Part shown: positions 51,196 through 64,000 of the stretch, one piece after another
Position numbering within the stretch: position 1 is the first letter of the stretch
Layout: each line of letters starts with the position of its first letter
Source of the DNA: Camelus ferus
Lineage: Eukaryota
Direction: 5' to 3'
Length of the DNA: 64,000 nt
NCBI RefSeq assembly: GCF_009834535.1
Contig: NC_045696.1
Span: 5,024,001 to 5,088,000, forward strand
The notes under the pieces: generated by a model
Told to the model about the DNA's origin: nothing
The model's input: the letters and a program-made list of their open reading frames with translations, nothing else
The model's database searches: none
Program-made: the position numbers and the translations under genes

Positions 51196-52060
51196 CCAGC
51201 CAGGATCCCCAAAGGCACACCTTTAGGGAGCCGTAGGCATCTCGAGATAACCGTTCCTGCTCTTACTGCCCCCTTTCCCTAAAGAAATGAGGCCTGTCTT
51301 TTAAGCAGTGAGAATCCTCAGAGGGAAGCTCCTGGAAGCTGTAGACCCACTCATTTTTATGGTAATGGCATCCTCAAGTCCCCAGCACCTGAGGGTGCCT
51401 CTCCCTCCCTGTGGCCCAATGAGAGATGAGCCTGCCCCTTCCTGCCCACTCCTATGCCTGCACACTGTGCCGACCGCTGTCTGGAGGGCCCTCCGAGGTC
51501 CGCATCTCCTTCTGTGCAGATCAGCCATGCCCCCCAGTGCCGGACCTTCTCCAGTCTCCCTGGATGACATTGTGCCTTGTCCCCCAGCACCAAGGAGAAA
51601 CCTTTCTGACAACAGCCTTTAAGCCATATCGTTACTTCTCCCCAGGGCCACATGCTCCTCGCGTCTCTACCCCTCGTGTGTGTCTGGTACAGGGAGAGGG
51701 CTCAGTACACATGGGAGAATTGTTCATAAACATACCTGGTAGGATTGTCTTAGGACACAGACAAATAGCAGTGTGTGTGTGCATGTGTGTGTGTGTGTGG
51801 TGAGGAAAATCTATGGAGGGTTAAAACCACACTGACGTGAGTGGCATCATAAAGAGAGAAAGGTAGGGAAAGGCAAAAGGGTAGATCTAGAAGGTGGGGG
51901 GAGGAAGGAGGCAAGAGAAGGAAGAAGGTCCACCCATCAGAACTCTAGCTGGGACCAAAGGAGGCATCCGAGCTGGCAGCCGGAGCCACGCGGATGCTGG
52001 TTACCCTTTAGGCTGGCCATGCACCCCGATTAACTGTCATCCCCACCCCTCTTTCATGTA

Positions 52061-52235
52061 AGGGTTCAGTAAACCACAACCCATGGACCAAATTCCACTT
52101 ACAACTCTCGAGCTAAGAACAGTTTTTACATTTTAAAAAGAAGAAAAAGAAGAATAGGCCACAGAGACTGCACATAGCTCGCAGAGCCTAAATCTTTACA
52201 ATTTGGTCCCTTACAGGAAACGTTTCCAGATTCTT
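52061..52235 (+). mobile_element. MER58-like hAT MITE
   Basis: agggttcagtaaaccacaacccatggaccaaattc...gagctaagaacagtttttacatttt...acagagactgcacatagctcgcagagcctaaatctttacaatttggtcccttacaggaaacgtttcc. Confidence 0.7.
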
Positions 52236-53329
52236 AACTCGGGTCTTGCCACAGAGGGGATTTGGGTTTCGGATTCCCATTGTATCATCCACTGCAAAGC
52301 TGAGGGAAGAAGGAATCTCTGCCATTCACAGAGCATCCCCACCTAATGCTGGAAAAAGCATTGTTCCAGCTGCACAGCAGTGCAGTTAATTTCACGTTAG
52401 AGTCACAAGGGCATCATCAGACCCTCTGATGCACTTGACCTCAGGAAATAGCCATGAAGCACAGATCACACTGCCCAGCACACCTTCTGACTCCCCTCAG
52501 CAATCCTTAGTCCGCTGGAGAGGAGAAATCAAGAGAGAAAGTGGAGACACGGTCAGGAGTTAAGGAGATTAGCTCCTAGAGGACTAGAAGAGCCCTGAGA
52601 CGCCCGGTTTCTTTGACACCAAGCAGCAGGTCATGTCCGCAGCTGACCCTCACCCAAGACCAGCCTCCCCGTCAGCAGCGGCGCCCTGAAGGTCAAGTGT
52701 CACTTAGTGTGGTGACCGAGTTGGGGTGGCTGATCTCTTCATCACTTTTATGAACCTGCCCCGAGACCGTGAATGTTCAGTGATGCCGAAGCTCATTGAA
52801 TAACCAGTGAGTTTTCAAACTCATCAGAGAATGGAAGATCAGGACTATGGAAGGGTCACCACATGGAGGGGATGGGTTTGCATTGGATCCCGCACTGAGT
52901 GGACGAGTCTTGCATCATCTTGCATCACATTCCAGAATAGCTGGTCTGATCTATAAGGAGAGTGTCCTGTGTGCTGAGCTGGAGGCAGAGGGGGAGGGAG
53001 TGTGACGATGGCTTAGTGAATAAAAGGCATCAACATGTAACAGCAGACGCGAGGGCCCAGTGTGGTGCCATCTGTGTTCAAGGAGAGGGTCAGACACACA
53101 GGGGGTGCCCGCCGAGAAGCAGGAGTCCCTGTGCCTTCAGCATCCTGCTTCCGTAGGTGTTGCTGTGCTCCAGCCTCTATTTAGAGATGCTGGAAATTAA
53201 GCCAAAATAATCACTGCCCTCCTCACTGCTCCTCATCCATGCCCAGTGCACTCCTGTCAGCCGTCGTTCTGGGATACTCTGGCATTATTCAGGAATGCTT
53301 TGGAGCGTCCTTTCCCTCCTCCCCTATTT

Positions 53330-53632
53330 CCTTCACACCTTTGCTCCAGGATCACCTTCTCAGTGAGTGCTACCCTGACCACCCTATTTCATGTCAACCC
53401 ACCGCCCACTCAGGTCCCCTCCCTCCCTCAACACCTTCCTTGCAAAAAATGGAATCCATCTCCGTCAGCATACCATACGGTTTGCTGACGTATATTGTTT
53501 ACGACCTGTTCTTGGTCCCTCCGTCCCTCAAAGGCAGGCAGAGCTGCCTGTTTTGTGCACTGCTATTCCCAGACACGTAGAGCAGTGTCTGGCACATGGC
53601 AGGGCCTAAATAAAGAAGAGTTTAAATGAATA
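53330..53632 (+). mobile_element. L2 3' end
   Basis: tcaccttctcagtgagtgctaccctgaccaccctattt...ctgttttgtgcactgctattcccagacacgtagagcagtgtctggcacatggcagggcctaaataaa...aatgaat. Confidence 0.7.
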
Positions 53633-56557
53633 CACTCTTTATTTGAGAAATCATTATTAAATGAATTCATCTTTTCCCAGTTGAGGCGTCAACTGTTCTT
53701 GGTTTTATTTTAATTTTTACTGAATGGCATCTTGGTCTCCTTGCCCAGCAAAGAACATTCTGCTCACCCAGGCTATCAGAGATGAGCGGGAGGTCGGAGG
53801 TCATGCAGGGGCACCGCAGGCTTTTTTTTTTTTTTTTTTTTGCCCACTTTTACACCCCAGTCTTTGCCCAGTTTTGGATCTGGCGCACGAGAGGCCCTCA
53901 GTAAATTCCTCAGAAAGGAACCAGAGAGAGAAGTTTGGGAGAGCTTCCTGCTGGGGTGGCTCAGCCCAGCTCCCTGAGCAGTTACGCCCCAAGCCTCTGG
54001 GTGGAGCCAGGAGACAGATATGTGGAGGAGAGGGTATCTGGGGGCTGAGGGGAGTGCTGAGGCTTGAGTCTTGGCGTTTGTTCCCTGGTTAGAAACGAGA
54101 GAGGACCATCGTGGGTTTGGCAGTTAGAATCTGTCATCGCTGTGTTTTTAGCCAAAAGGAATTCGTGAAAGTTGCCTTGCCCAGAAAAAAACATTCAGGA
54201 ACTGTAAATATAGTCTTCACTTACTACTCTTTTACAGATTGAGTAGTTTTGGCTTCTGTAGAAATGCAGAGATTATTTATTTTGGAAAATCACATTCATT
54301 GTTAATTCTTACCTCTAGCCATCTCCTTTTTCCCGCCAGAAAAAGCTAAACGTTCTGATTTTAAAAAAGGAGAAGAAACTAAGCTTTCTATTTATAGCGC
54401 AGCTTCAATTCAAGAGCATGTAAATAAATTCTGAAATGTCAAATGTCAACACAATTTTCAAATTTAGTTAAATAAATGGATGCCTAATGGTTGATCTTCA
54501 GCCATTTTAGCGTTGGGAATTCAGTCTGCCTTGGATTATAATTTTACAGAAATTGTCCTTCCGCAATGAAATGAGGACTCATGAAAAAATTATAGCTAAG
54601 GAGTTGGAAGAAAAGCACTACAATTCTGAAGCCGACTCATTTTTCATATCATTTAAAAGGTTTTCCTTATAATGTTTTAGAAATTTAGAGTGGAAAATTC
54701 AGTGCCCAAACTGACAAAGACTCTACCCAGTTATATTGGGCACAGCCCTAATGTGTGTTTATGGGCTATAATATTTTAGCCTCTGCCATTTTTTTTAATT
54801 AAAAAATTTTAACACCTTTATTGTAGTATGATTCCTATACAGTAAACTACACATATTTCAGATGTACAATTTGATGGGTTTTGATGGATGCATATAGTTT
54901 CTGTCACTTCATTTTTAAGCGAGGAAAGATCTGAATGCGCTCACTTCAGAGACGAGGCCGACTAATAAAATATTACTGACAAACCACTGAAGTATTGCTA
55001 GTCTAAGTGGAAAAGGTCTTGGGTTCTTAAAAGTGGTCTTGGAGACAGGGACTGTTCCCCCCATTTCATAGGGGGCTTTCATAAAATGCCAGCCGAGAAA
55101 CAAATTGTCCCCAAGTCGTAATTGCATCGTTGACTTTGTTTTCTCATAGAATTGAAAGCGCTTTTTAGAAACACTCTTCTAGTGCCTTGTCTGTGATTAT
55201 GAATGTATCTCAACAAGAAAATAAAGGCTGTGCCGGTGGCTCCGCTCCCCCAGAGGGTGCCCCAGCCTTGCCCCCGCTTCTGAGCAAGCAGGCTCCTTGT
55301 TCAACTGGATTTAGCAAAATTAAGTTAAAATAATCTGGCATCGGTATAGCTGTCAGACCCTCAAAATAATTCTCCCAAGGGTTCTGTGGATGAACTGCAT
55401 GCTTCTCCGCGACCGCAGGATTATCTGTGCGTGAGGGAAATCTGTCCCACGTGTTTTCACTGGATCTGATAAGGGGCTTGACCATGTGAGCAGAAATTTG
55501 GTGCAGGGCCGTAACAATGATCACAGTTAGCTGAATGCCAGCCTCTCCCTTGGTTACTGTTTAGAAATTAGCTTCAGTGCCTAGCACAGCCTTTTAGCCT
55601 GGAGAATCAATAAACCTGAGAGGCTGTGGGTCCCCCAGAAAACTGTCCTCGTGACCTGCTGGGGGGACAAGCTCTGAGTTTCAGCTGCATGGCCATGCTA
55701 CTCAAAACTTCTTTGTCTGAGAAGAGGAAAACGTGTTTCCCTTGCTCTCGCCTCTCCCCTAAAATGACGTTTCTCTCTTCCCTTCCTCTCTCGCTGCCAA
55801 GCCCCTCAGGCTGGTTTCCCTCCATCATTCTTGCTTTTTTGTCACCCACATGCTCCTGACCCTCGTGCAAACTGGCATCCAGAGAAGTGGCCCTTTGTGC
55901 AGCTCAGCAGTGACTGAAAACGTTGTCATCCAAAGGGGTCTCTCCCTGCTGGCCCCTGGGTGACCACTGCCTTCAGCTCCCAGAGACACTTGGGCATATG
56001 CTGTGTTGTGTCTTCATCCAGTTGTTCAGATGAGATTAGACTCTTGCTGGCCAGGGATGTCTCCTCTCTCTAAGCTCTGCGTTGCGTGCGCAGACACGGT
56101 CTGCCCCTAGTCCCGAGGGCCTGGCTGTGCCTGGGGCGTCATCGGCACCTGCGCAAGCACTGGGAGCGGGTGTGTGAGAGTCTCTACTTTGCTTTACCCT
56201 TCACCTCTGCTTCTGCCTCTGGCTGCAGCCCCGGGTCAACAGGAGTTTTTAATTGAAAAGAGTGGAGAACTAAAGCAACCAGAGAGACTCAAAGACAGAG
56301 AAATCTTTTTTTTTCCCCTCCCCAAGTAGTTGTGAGCAACCCAAGGACCTCAGCATGTCCCTACACAAGGCTTCAAAGGAGCGAGAAGGGCCTCCTATAA
56401 GCACTGCATAGTGATCCCAGAGACAGGTTGTGTGACAGCCTCCTGGCCCACCGGTTAACGTGCTCAAACTTGGGGTTTATTCATCAAGGTGTCAGAGACA
56501 AGGGGAGGAAAGCACGAGGACAGGTCCTGAAACTTCATTTTCTCTCGGCATGAGTGA

Positions 56558-56869
<312 letters not shown>

Positions 56870-57304
56870 TAAGTGTTCTGATGCCCCGACAGGAACATTC
56901 TATGAAGCTTTCATTTTGCAAAGCTAGATGAAAAGCCCTCTTACTGAAATCCGACATGTGTATGCACACAGGAATACTTCCACAGCAGTTCTGTTATCTG
57001 CAGAGCGTGGAGTTGTCATTGGTGTCTGGTTTTTTGTCTTTCAGTCATGATTGGGTCCTAAGTGTCGGTCTCCACAGGAGTAGTGCAGGGGATGTGCATG
57101 ACTCTGTGGGTTCATTTCAGCCCAGCGGAAACTTTCTAACGGCTTTTTCTAAATGGCAAATCCTGGCATGGTAGCCAGTCCACCAAGTGGCAGAAAGGAG
57201 AGAAGTGCTGGCTGAGCCCCAGCTAGCTCTGCCCTCGCACATGCCCGGGGGCGGGGGCGGGGGTGCTGACGGGCCGGCTGCCGTCGGAGGCCGTGGTGCC
57301 CCCG

Positions 57305-57515
57305 GCATGGCCAGCAGATGCAGACAGGCTGCTGGTGAGCGGAAAGCTTGTCACCCGCTGCGGGGAGAAAACCTGCCGCAGTGCAAAGGACCACACCACT
57401 CAGCACGCGGCTCTGAGTCCGGCCGACGGGTTTTCCGTGGTGTGACTGAATCCACACGCTGTACACCGGAGACTAACGTGGGACCGTCCACCAACTGTAC
57501 TTCAGTACAAAAGAG
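57305..57515 (+). mobile_element. Strongly GC-shifted remnant of a cetartiodactyl-type L1 3' end
   Basis: cagcagatgcagac... and tgtgactgaatccacacgctgtacaccggagactaac...ccaactgtacttcagtacaaaag align with the L1 termini at 38089-38165 and 5466-5560. Confidence 0.55.
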
Positions 57516-60500
57516 ATCATAGAATGAATAGACTTTCTCAAGGAAGGAAGCGACGCTGATTTATATTCTGGCCCAAGTTCATTGCAAACCAGCACACTCG
57601 GCGCCACTGCCCCAGGGGTCTTGAAGTCCCTCGGCTGGCGGCGAAGCTGCCTGGGGAGCCGGCCACCTCCTTCCTGTGCTCCCGCGCAGGTTCCACGTCA
57701 TCTGGAGTGCCGTGGCTGGGTCGGGACTTCTGCAGAGGTGCGCTTGCTTTTCCGGTTCTGGGTTTCTCTCACTGCACGTTTTCTTCTTACCTCCTTCCTC
57801 ACCCTTTTCCGCTGCGCTCTCCCCGAAGAAGAAGGTGGCAGCCGGAGTGAGGTCTTCAAACCACACTCCTCTTGTCCCCCGGAAAACCCTCGCCCGTTGC
57901 GCCTGTTGTTGGTTGAGCCTCAGCTCTTTCATAAAACCACCAGCCTCTGTAACAACAAAAAGGGGGTTTTCCTGCTTGGGGTGGACACCACCTTTGGTGC
58001 TAACACACACTACTGCAGCAAGCCGCTTTGTGCAGTCTCACAGCCCAGCCAAGGAGCTGTGATGCCAGCGGGTGGCAGTCTGTGTCTGTTCAGGGCTCAG
58101 ACAGGGCAGGCTGAGCCGTGTGGGGAGGGGCGCCGTCCGTCTTTGTGAGCGCGTCCGCCAGCTGCGAGCATCACATACCCTGCGAGAAACGCACTCAGCG
58201 AGCCGCGGCCCCGCACGCGTCTCGGCCGCTCTGCCCGGGGAATGCTGACTCACTCCGCCTGGAGTTAGACGGGGAGTTTCGCCCACATTCCGTTGCACTG
58301 TCTTTTCATGCACTTTCTCGCACGACAAGACCAGCTATTATGGTGGCCCCTGGAGCTTTCTGTGTCCTGCACCAGAGACGTGTCTGTCCACAGAGCTCTT
58401 ATATCTAAAAAGTGGAAACTCTGGAGGCTTTAAAAGGCAGGGAATCCTTTCTGTCTCCATAGAAAAGCAGCAGGAAGTCAGTAGGTTGCAGTTAAATTTC
58501 TTCTTAGAGTCAAAGGGAGGAACAAGTGGTGGGCTGTCAAAAAAGAGGCCTTGTCTCCTTTAGACGGTGAGCGGATTGTAACGTCCTGTTTGTGGACAGT
58601 GAGTTACCTCGGGGTGGCGGGCTGCCGGCGTTGCCCGGCCTGTCAGAACGCAGGCAGGTGTGTGGGTGATTGAACCACTGAGTGACATAGGGCTGCCGTT
58701 GACGGGCTGTCGTTTCACACTGGCCTGATCGTGTAATGACAGCGCGTCGCTGATTCAACCAACCTGCATACAATTCTAGGTAATCCAAGTACAATATGTT
58801 GCCTAAACCATGCTTTTATTTTATGGTGTAAAAATTCCAGATTTATGCTTTGTGTAATTAGCCTCTTTAGGCTGATAGGAAAGGAGGAAAAAGAAGAAAG
58901 TAAAGAAAGACAGAAATGGCATTAGTCCAAGGAAGAGGCCGCACATCCATCAGCCAGGATGGAAATATCGGGGAGAAGGAGGCGGAAACTCATTTAGGGT
59001 CACGAGACAACCCATCAGAAGTAAAAGATGCTCCCAGTGGAGAGGCAGGACGTAGAGGGCAGAACAGCTCCGGGCTTTGGGTGGGAATCCAGCCCTTTAA
59101 GAAACTAACCCTCTTAAAGGTCAGGGGCACGTTCTTGGCCGTTTCCTGCCACCAGTGAGCCATGTTCCATGAGTTTAATTCTCACTGACCCAGCAACACT
59201 TCTGTAACGCACACCTTCCAGTGAACAAAATAACAGCTTTCCCTGGTTATCTTGGTTATTTCTTTCACCAAAGAAAAGTGTCAAATGTTTCCATTTTCAT
59301 GTTCGGCAGAGGTTCCCCGCGGCTTGCTGGCTACAGGCCAAGCCCCAGAGGACAGCCTAGCCACCAGCACCAGGTCACAGCCCCTGTTTCAGGTTTGCTG
59401 CCCTCTCCTTCCCCAGGTATATGGGACCCCCTGGTCTGTCATCTCCTCTCCTCCACTGACATTGCTGCTCACCCTGTTTGTAGCACCCCACCCTCCTACC
59501 CGTGCGGTCCCACCCATCTGGTCCCACCCGTCCGGTCCCACCTGACCCCTCTATGAAGATGTGAAGACGCGTGAATCTCCAAAGTGGAATTAACTCTTCC
59601 ATCTTTAGCTACCCTGACCCCGGCGATGGCTCCACGAAGTCCCCAGCTCACGCGTTCTGTGGTCCCGTCAGTCGCATCTCCTCTGCTGTTCTGTGAGCTC
59701 CTTAGGGACAGGGAGTGTCTCAGTTGTCTTTGGTCCCCACGCCTGGCGGTTCTGCGTGAATGAATGAGTGCATATGTGAGTTGGAAATGACAAGTGTTCT
59801 TGTCACACTAGCCTCTGCAGCACATGTCTTTCAGAAGCTGCTGTGAGGAAGGCACCCTAGCTTTCAGGCTCTCCAAACACCAGGCTGTAACACGGCGAGG
59901 GTCTAGTTCACACTGCAGGAAACAGAGTGGGGCGTCCAGTGGTGGACGCCCAGCGGCGCGACCCACGCTCCGTGCACCAGGCAGACCGGCCGTTTACATG
60001 TGGGTTTCTACTATAATTTATTGGGGAAAAAATGGCAATAATTATCTAATAAGTGTGTGATAAATTGTAGGGAAAATGGGCATCAGCAGCATATCACTTA
60101 AGTGTGAGCCCCCAGGAAGATGGCCAGGAACCAGGAATTAAATTGTCTGTATTTTATAAGCTCAGAAACCTCCTCAATACTGTTACATATTTTGAGTCAA
60201 AAATGCTAAGCCATGCCTTAACAAAAGCTCAAGATATAAAGCAAAGGGTTCTAAGTAAAACAAAGATAAAGCAAATGAAAATAAAGTTTCCCTTTGTAAC
60301 TGTTGCTCCACACCCCGTGAAAAACAGAAGGGTTCGCATAAGCAGATATAGTTTACTGTATGTTTCTGCTGGGGTTATTCAAAATCAGAGAGAATATTTA
60401 AAGCTACAGATTATTGATAACAATATATTTGATTAAGTCCCTGAAAATTGTAAAACTAAAGGGGAATTCTCTGTTCTTTTCAGAAAATTCTGATTTTAGT

Positions 60501-63471
60501 CCCTCTCCTAAGTGTAAAAACACTGACAGAACGTGTTTCTTTTGACAGTTCCTGTCACCTAATCTGGTCACTCTCAGAATCAACTGATCCTGTTTTATGC
60601 AGATTAAGGATGGTTTGATAACTATTCACATAAGCTCATGGGACATTCAGAGTTTAGACTGTTCAATTACTCTAGATATCGCAAAACATTTACCAGAGAA
60701 CGCAATTTTAAGGCAGAGACATTCTTTCCTGTAGACCTCAATGTTGTGTTGTGTTTTGTTTTGAGTGAGAACTCTTTTTAAAGCCATGGGCTATCCCGAA
60801 AATATGAACCTTTCAATTGTTCAAATAAAACTGAGAATTATGGAAATTTTCCATTGCTTTGCTGAAAACAATTGTCAAACTGACGACTCAGGGTAAAAAT
60901 CCTGATAATGAGGTGGCCACTTTCTTATTCTTCTGTATCCTAGTCTCTGACTGGGATTTTATTTAGAATAAACAGTGTTGCAGAAAAGACACATGCTGTC
61001 CATAAAATATTAACGTTGAATATTTGGGGATTTAGTTCAATTTTAGTAATCTGAAGAGTACTTTTAACTGGAGTGCCGCATCTCCACAAGGCACAATAAT
61101 TCCAACTATTTGAGGACTCATTTCAATGTTTCAGAGACGAGCTCTTACGATGGGAAAACAGCCTAGTTTATCATTTAAAAATAAAGCCGCTTATTACCTG
61201 TGACCTTCATAGTAGTGATGTAATAAACTTCCACCTGCCTTAGACACCCGCGTCCCTCCACCCGCAGGGTAAGACGTGCCGCGCGGGAAGGGTGACTTAC
61301 AGGCAGCGCTGCTCGTTTCTGGCTGGGGTTCCTGGGAGACCTGTCCTCCTGAGTCCTCGCTCACTGGCCGGCTCGCTGCTCAGCCCTGACATGCTTTTTA
61401 CCCTGAGGTCTGTGCGCTAGGTAGACCTAGTTGTGTACAACCTCCAAAGTTGGAGGGACTTGCCCAAGATCTGAGGGCTTGTGACTATCAGATGGAGAAG
61501 CCCTGCCTACCCTGGCTGCCTGGCTGCCTGCCTGCCTGCTCTTCCAAGCAGTTGCTAAGCTAATGCGCGTGAAGTGAGCTTGTGCGCGGAAAGGTCAACA
61601 AATATTATTTCCGTTTCCTTTTCCTTCCAACCTCATGCTATAAATTTTACCCATCCCCATTAAAGTTAAAGAAAATAGGTAACATGCACATTTCTACCTA
61701 CTGCCACTTTCTTTCCAAATTGTAGACTTCACCTGAGCATAACTTGAGCAGTCAGCCCACACCCTTCTTTCCTAAGTCAGTTGAAATTCAGAAGTGTTGC
61801 CTTGGAGTTAATTTTACTTAATTTTTGACCTCTCGCTTTCATCCTTAGGCTGTGCAAAATTACAAAATTTACATTTCTTTTATGAGCTAATCAATTGGTT
61901 CTAGAGTTGGATTTTCAACAGTTTTATTAAAAATCCTGACAACCAACATGCCTTACAAATATTTAAGGAATTGTCAGCCCTTCTCATGTTAGCAAGTCTA
62001 AGCTCTTCCCCTTATAATGAGAGAAGGAAAATCCAAACTGATTTCAGAACTTCTTGGTCGTCCACATGGAGGACTGCCCTCCCTCAGCTTCTTTCAGTTG
62101 ACGAGACCGTGAGCTCAGGGAGGGTAGAGGGCCTATGTTGTTCGTTCGCAATATCCCAGTAGAAGAGCAGTAGATACCTGTTAAATAAATACAGGAGCCA
62201 CTTCTCCCATTGTTCACGTTCAGATATGCGTATCTAGAAGGGGCGCCTTTCCTTTGGAGACCTCGGGGCTCCATAAAAAGCCCTACATGACTATATTAGC
62301 ATCCTACTTTCTGGCACATACGTAAAACGTACAGATCCTTTTCATAAAACCGTTCATCACTTTTTTGCTTCATTTAGAATACAGTCTACATCTCTCCCCA
62401 TGTATCCACTGGATTAGCCCTCTTGGTTTAACCCTGTGATCGGTCGGTCTTTTCCTGGGGTCCTCGGAGTTGGGACCCCATTTCTCTGTCCCAGAGCAGA
62501 ACTGCCAGCCTGCCTGCCCAGAGGGTCCCGGCTGGCCCCCCACCCTAAGCAGGCTGTCTTTCTGGCTCCCAGCCTTCAAGTGCAGGGAAAAGATGCTGGC
62601 CACCTTTCCAAAGGCTGCTTGGCGCCAAGAGTGTGGGACCCAGGTCTACGCCTGGGCGTGCTGGGAAGACAGGCTGGCTGGGACCCAGCCTAGGAGGGGT
62701 GGCTCCATTCAGCCCCAGAGCAAAGGCTGTGCCTCTCAGCTGACTCACCCTGACAGGGTGTAAACTGAACTTGAATGAAGGGCTAAGATCACGGCCAACT
62801 CCGTTCATCAGCTGGCAGTCCTTTCGGATGGTTTCCTCTGAAAGCTTCACATTGAGCCTGGATGAACCTGGCATAATGCAAGGTATCTGAGGACAGACAC
62901 TTGCATTGTTCTGATTATAAACAAGTTATGAACTGTTAGGTTACAACAGGTTAGAAGGTTAGCATCGTTATTTTTGCCTTGACTGACGGAACGTATTATC
63001 AGAAATGCAAATAGGGGTAATGAGTAGAAACCATGAGGCTGGAACTGAAGCAGCATTTTGGACATTTGCTAGTGACCAGCCGTGGGTCTCTGTTTAGTAC
63101 ACCAACCTCAGGTTTTGTAAGTGGATTGGCTTCTAAAGTTGGGACATTAGGCTAAAAATTGCTTATAGTCAGGATCAAGTTAAATATATTCAATTGTGTA
63201 TCTAGTACACGGCATAATTTAGTGATGAAAACCTACAGTGTCATATATTTATGAATATATGATATTTGCATTGAAAATAAAGTGTGCATGTAAAAGTATA
63301 GCTCGACAGCATTCCATGGCATTATGGGTAAAGTAGGAGCCACGTAAGTTAAATGCATCTACAGCAGGTAAATTACAGATAATAAGAATACTTTGGTACA
63401 GTATGAAAAGTACTGGATTAGACTTCAGCATAATTCAGTATTGCTCCTGTCTCTGCATTTAATAAAAACAA

Positions 63472-63515
63472 TCTTTGTCATGCAGACAAGTAACTTTCTT
63501 TGTCATGCAGACAAG
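63472..63515. repeat. Short tandem duplication (19-bp unit, period 25)
   Basis: tctttgtcatgcagacaag at 63472-63490 and 63497-63515. Confidence 0.85.
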
Positions 63516-64000
63516 AGACTCTCCTTAAACAGTTTGCAGGCGCAGTGCCGCCGTGCAGTGACGTCGTCACTAGTGTGCACCTGGCAGACACCAGTCCATG
63601 ACCAGAGGCCAGCTGGTGCTCGCACCCCTTGTCCTCCAGTTGAACGGATGCTCGGGTTTTGCCATCCTGGCAAGGAGGGGAGCTGACTCTCATTTCACCC
63701 AAACCCTGGCCTCTCTCTGCCCCTCCTCTCCTCGCCCTCCTCCTCCCCCTTCCCTCCCCGCCCTCGGCCTCCAGCCAGCCAGTGAATCCCACCTGCAGGG
63801 GCCAGTCCACAGCGCTGTGTCCTCCAGGGGTCTGCACCCTGGCTCTGTCAGGGGCCAGAGGGCAAATACTCCAGACTTCGGGGCCCAAAGGTCTCTGTCA
63901 CAGCCATGCTCCTCTGCCGCTGTAGCCCCGAAGCAGACATGGCATGTGCGTGCTTAAGTGGGAGCGTCTGGGCTCCAGTACAGCATACTCAGGTCCAGGG

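Noticed and set aside
54230..54800. AT-rich unique blocks (also ~60300-61200) as possible conserved enhancers
   Set aside because: Conservation cannot be judged from a single sequence, and there is no diagnostic motif cluster.

Overview
This is mammalian genomic DNA. It is most likely camelid, judged from two tRNA-derived vic-1-like SINEs and no recognisable Alu, Bov-tA or PRE-1 elements. The window lies inside the DSCAM gene on the + strand. Five consecutive coding exons are present (38636-38832, 39798-39894, 40452-40580, 48134-48301, 56721-56791). They have GT-AG sites and compatible phases, and encode Ig9, FnIII-1 and the start of FnIII-2. The rest is intronic. The most informative structure is a ~14.8 kb nested retro-cluster at 4882-19646. 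It contains an old L1 fused to a processed YBX3 3' fragment, a solo ERV LTR, a twin-primed L1 with a 22-bp 3' transduction, a full-length young L1 nested in that element, and a tail-less L1 fragment with no target-site duplication (TSD). Several independent junction markers show that the ~3 kb between two ~1 kb, ~99% identical inverted L1 arms (13693-14740 and 17712-18760) is flipped. The arms share private inactivating lesions, which points to inversion plus arm-to-arm gene conversion, although an assembly artefact must be excluded. I found no evidence for a new protein-coding system. Nearly all listed ORFs outside DSCAM and L1 are spurious. Gene and repeat names come from recall of known sequences, not from database searches, and boundaries of ancient repeats are approximate.
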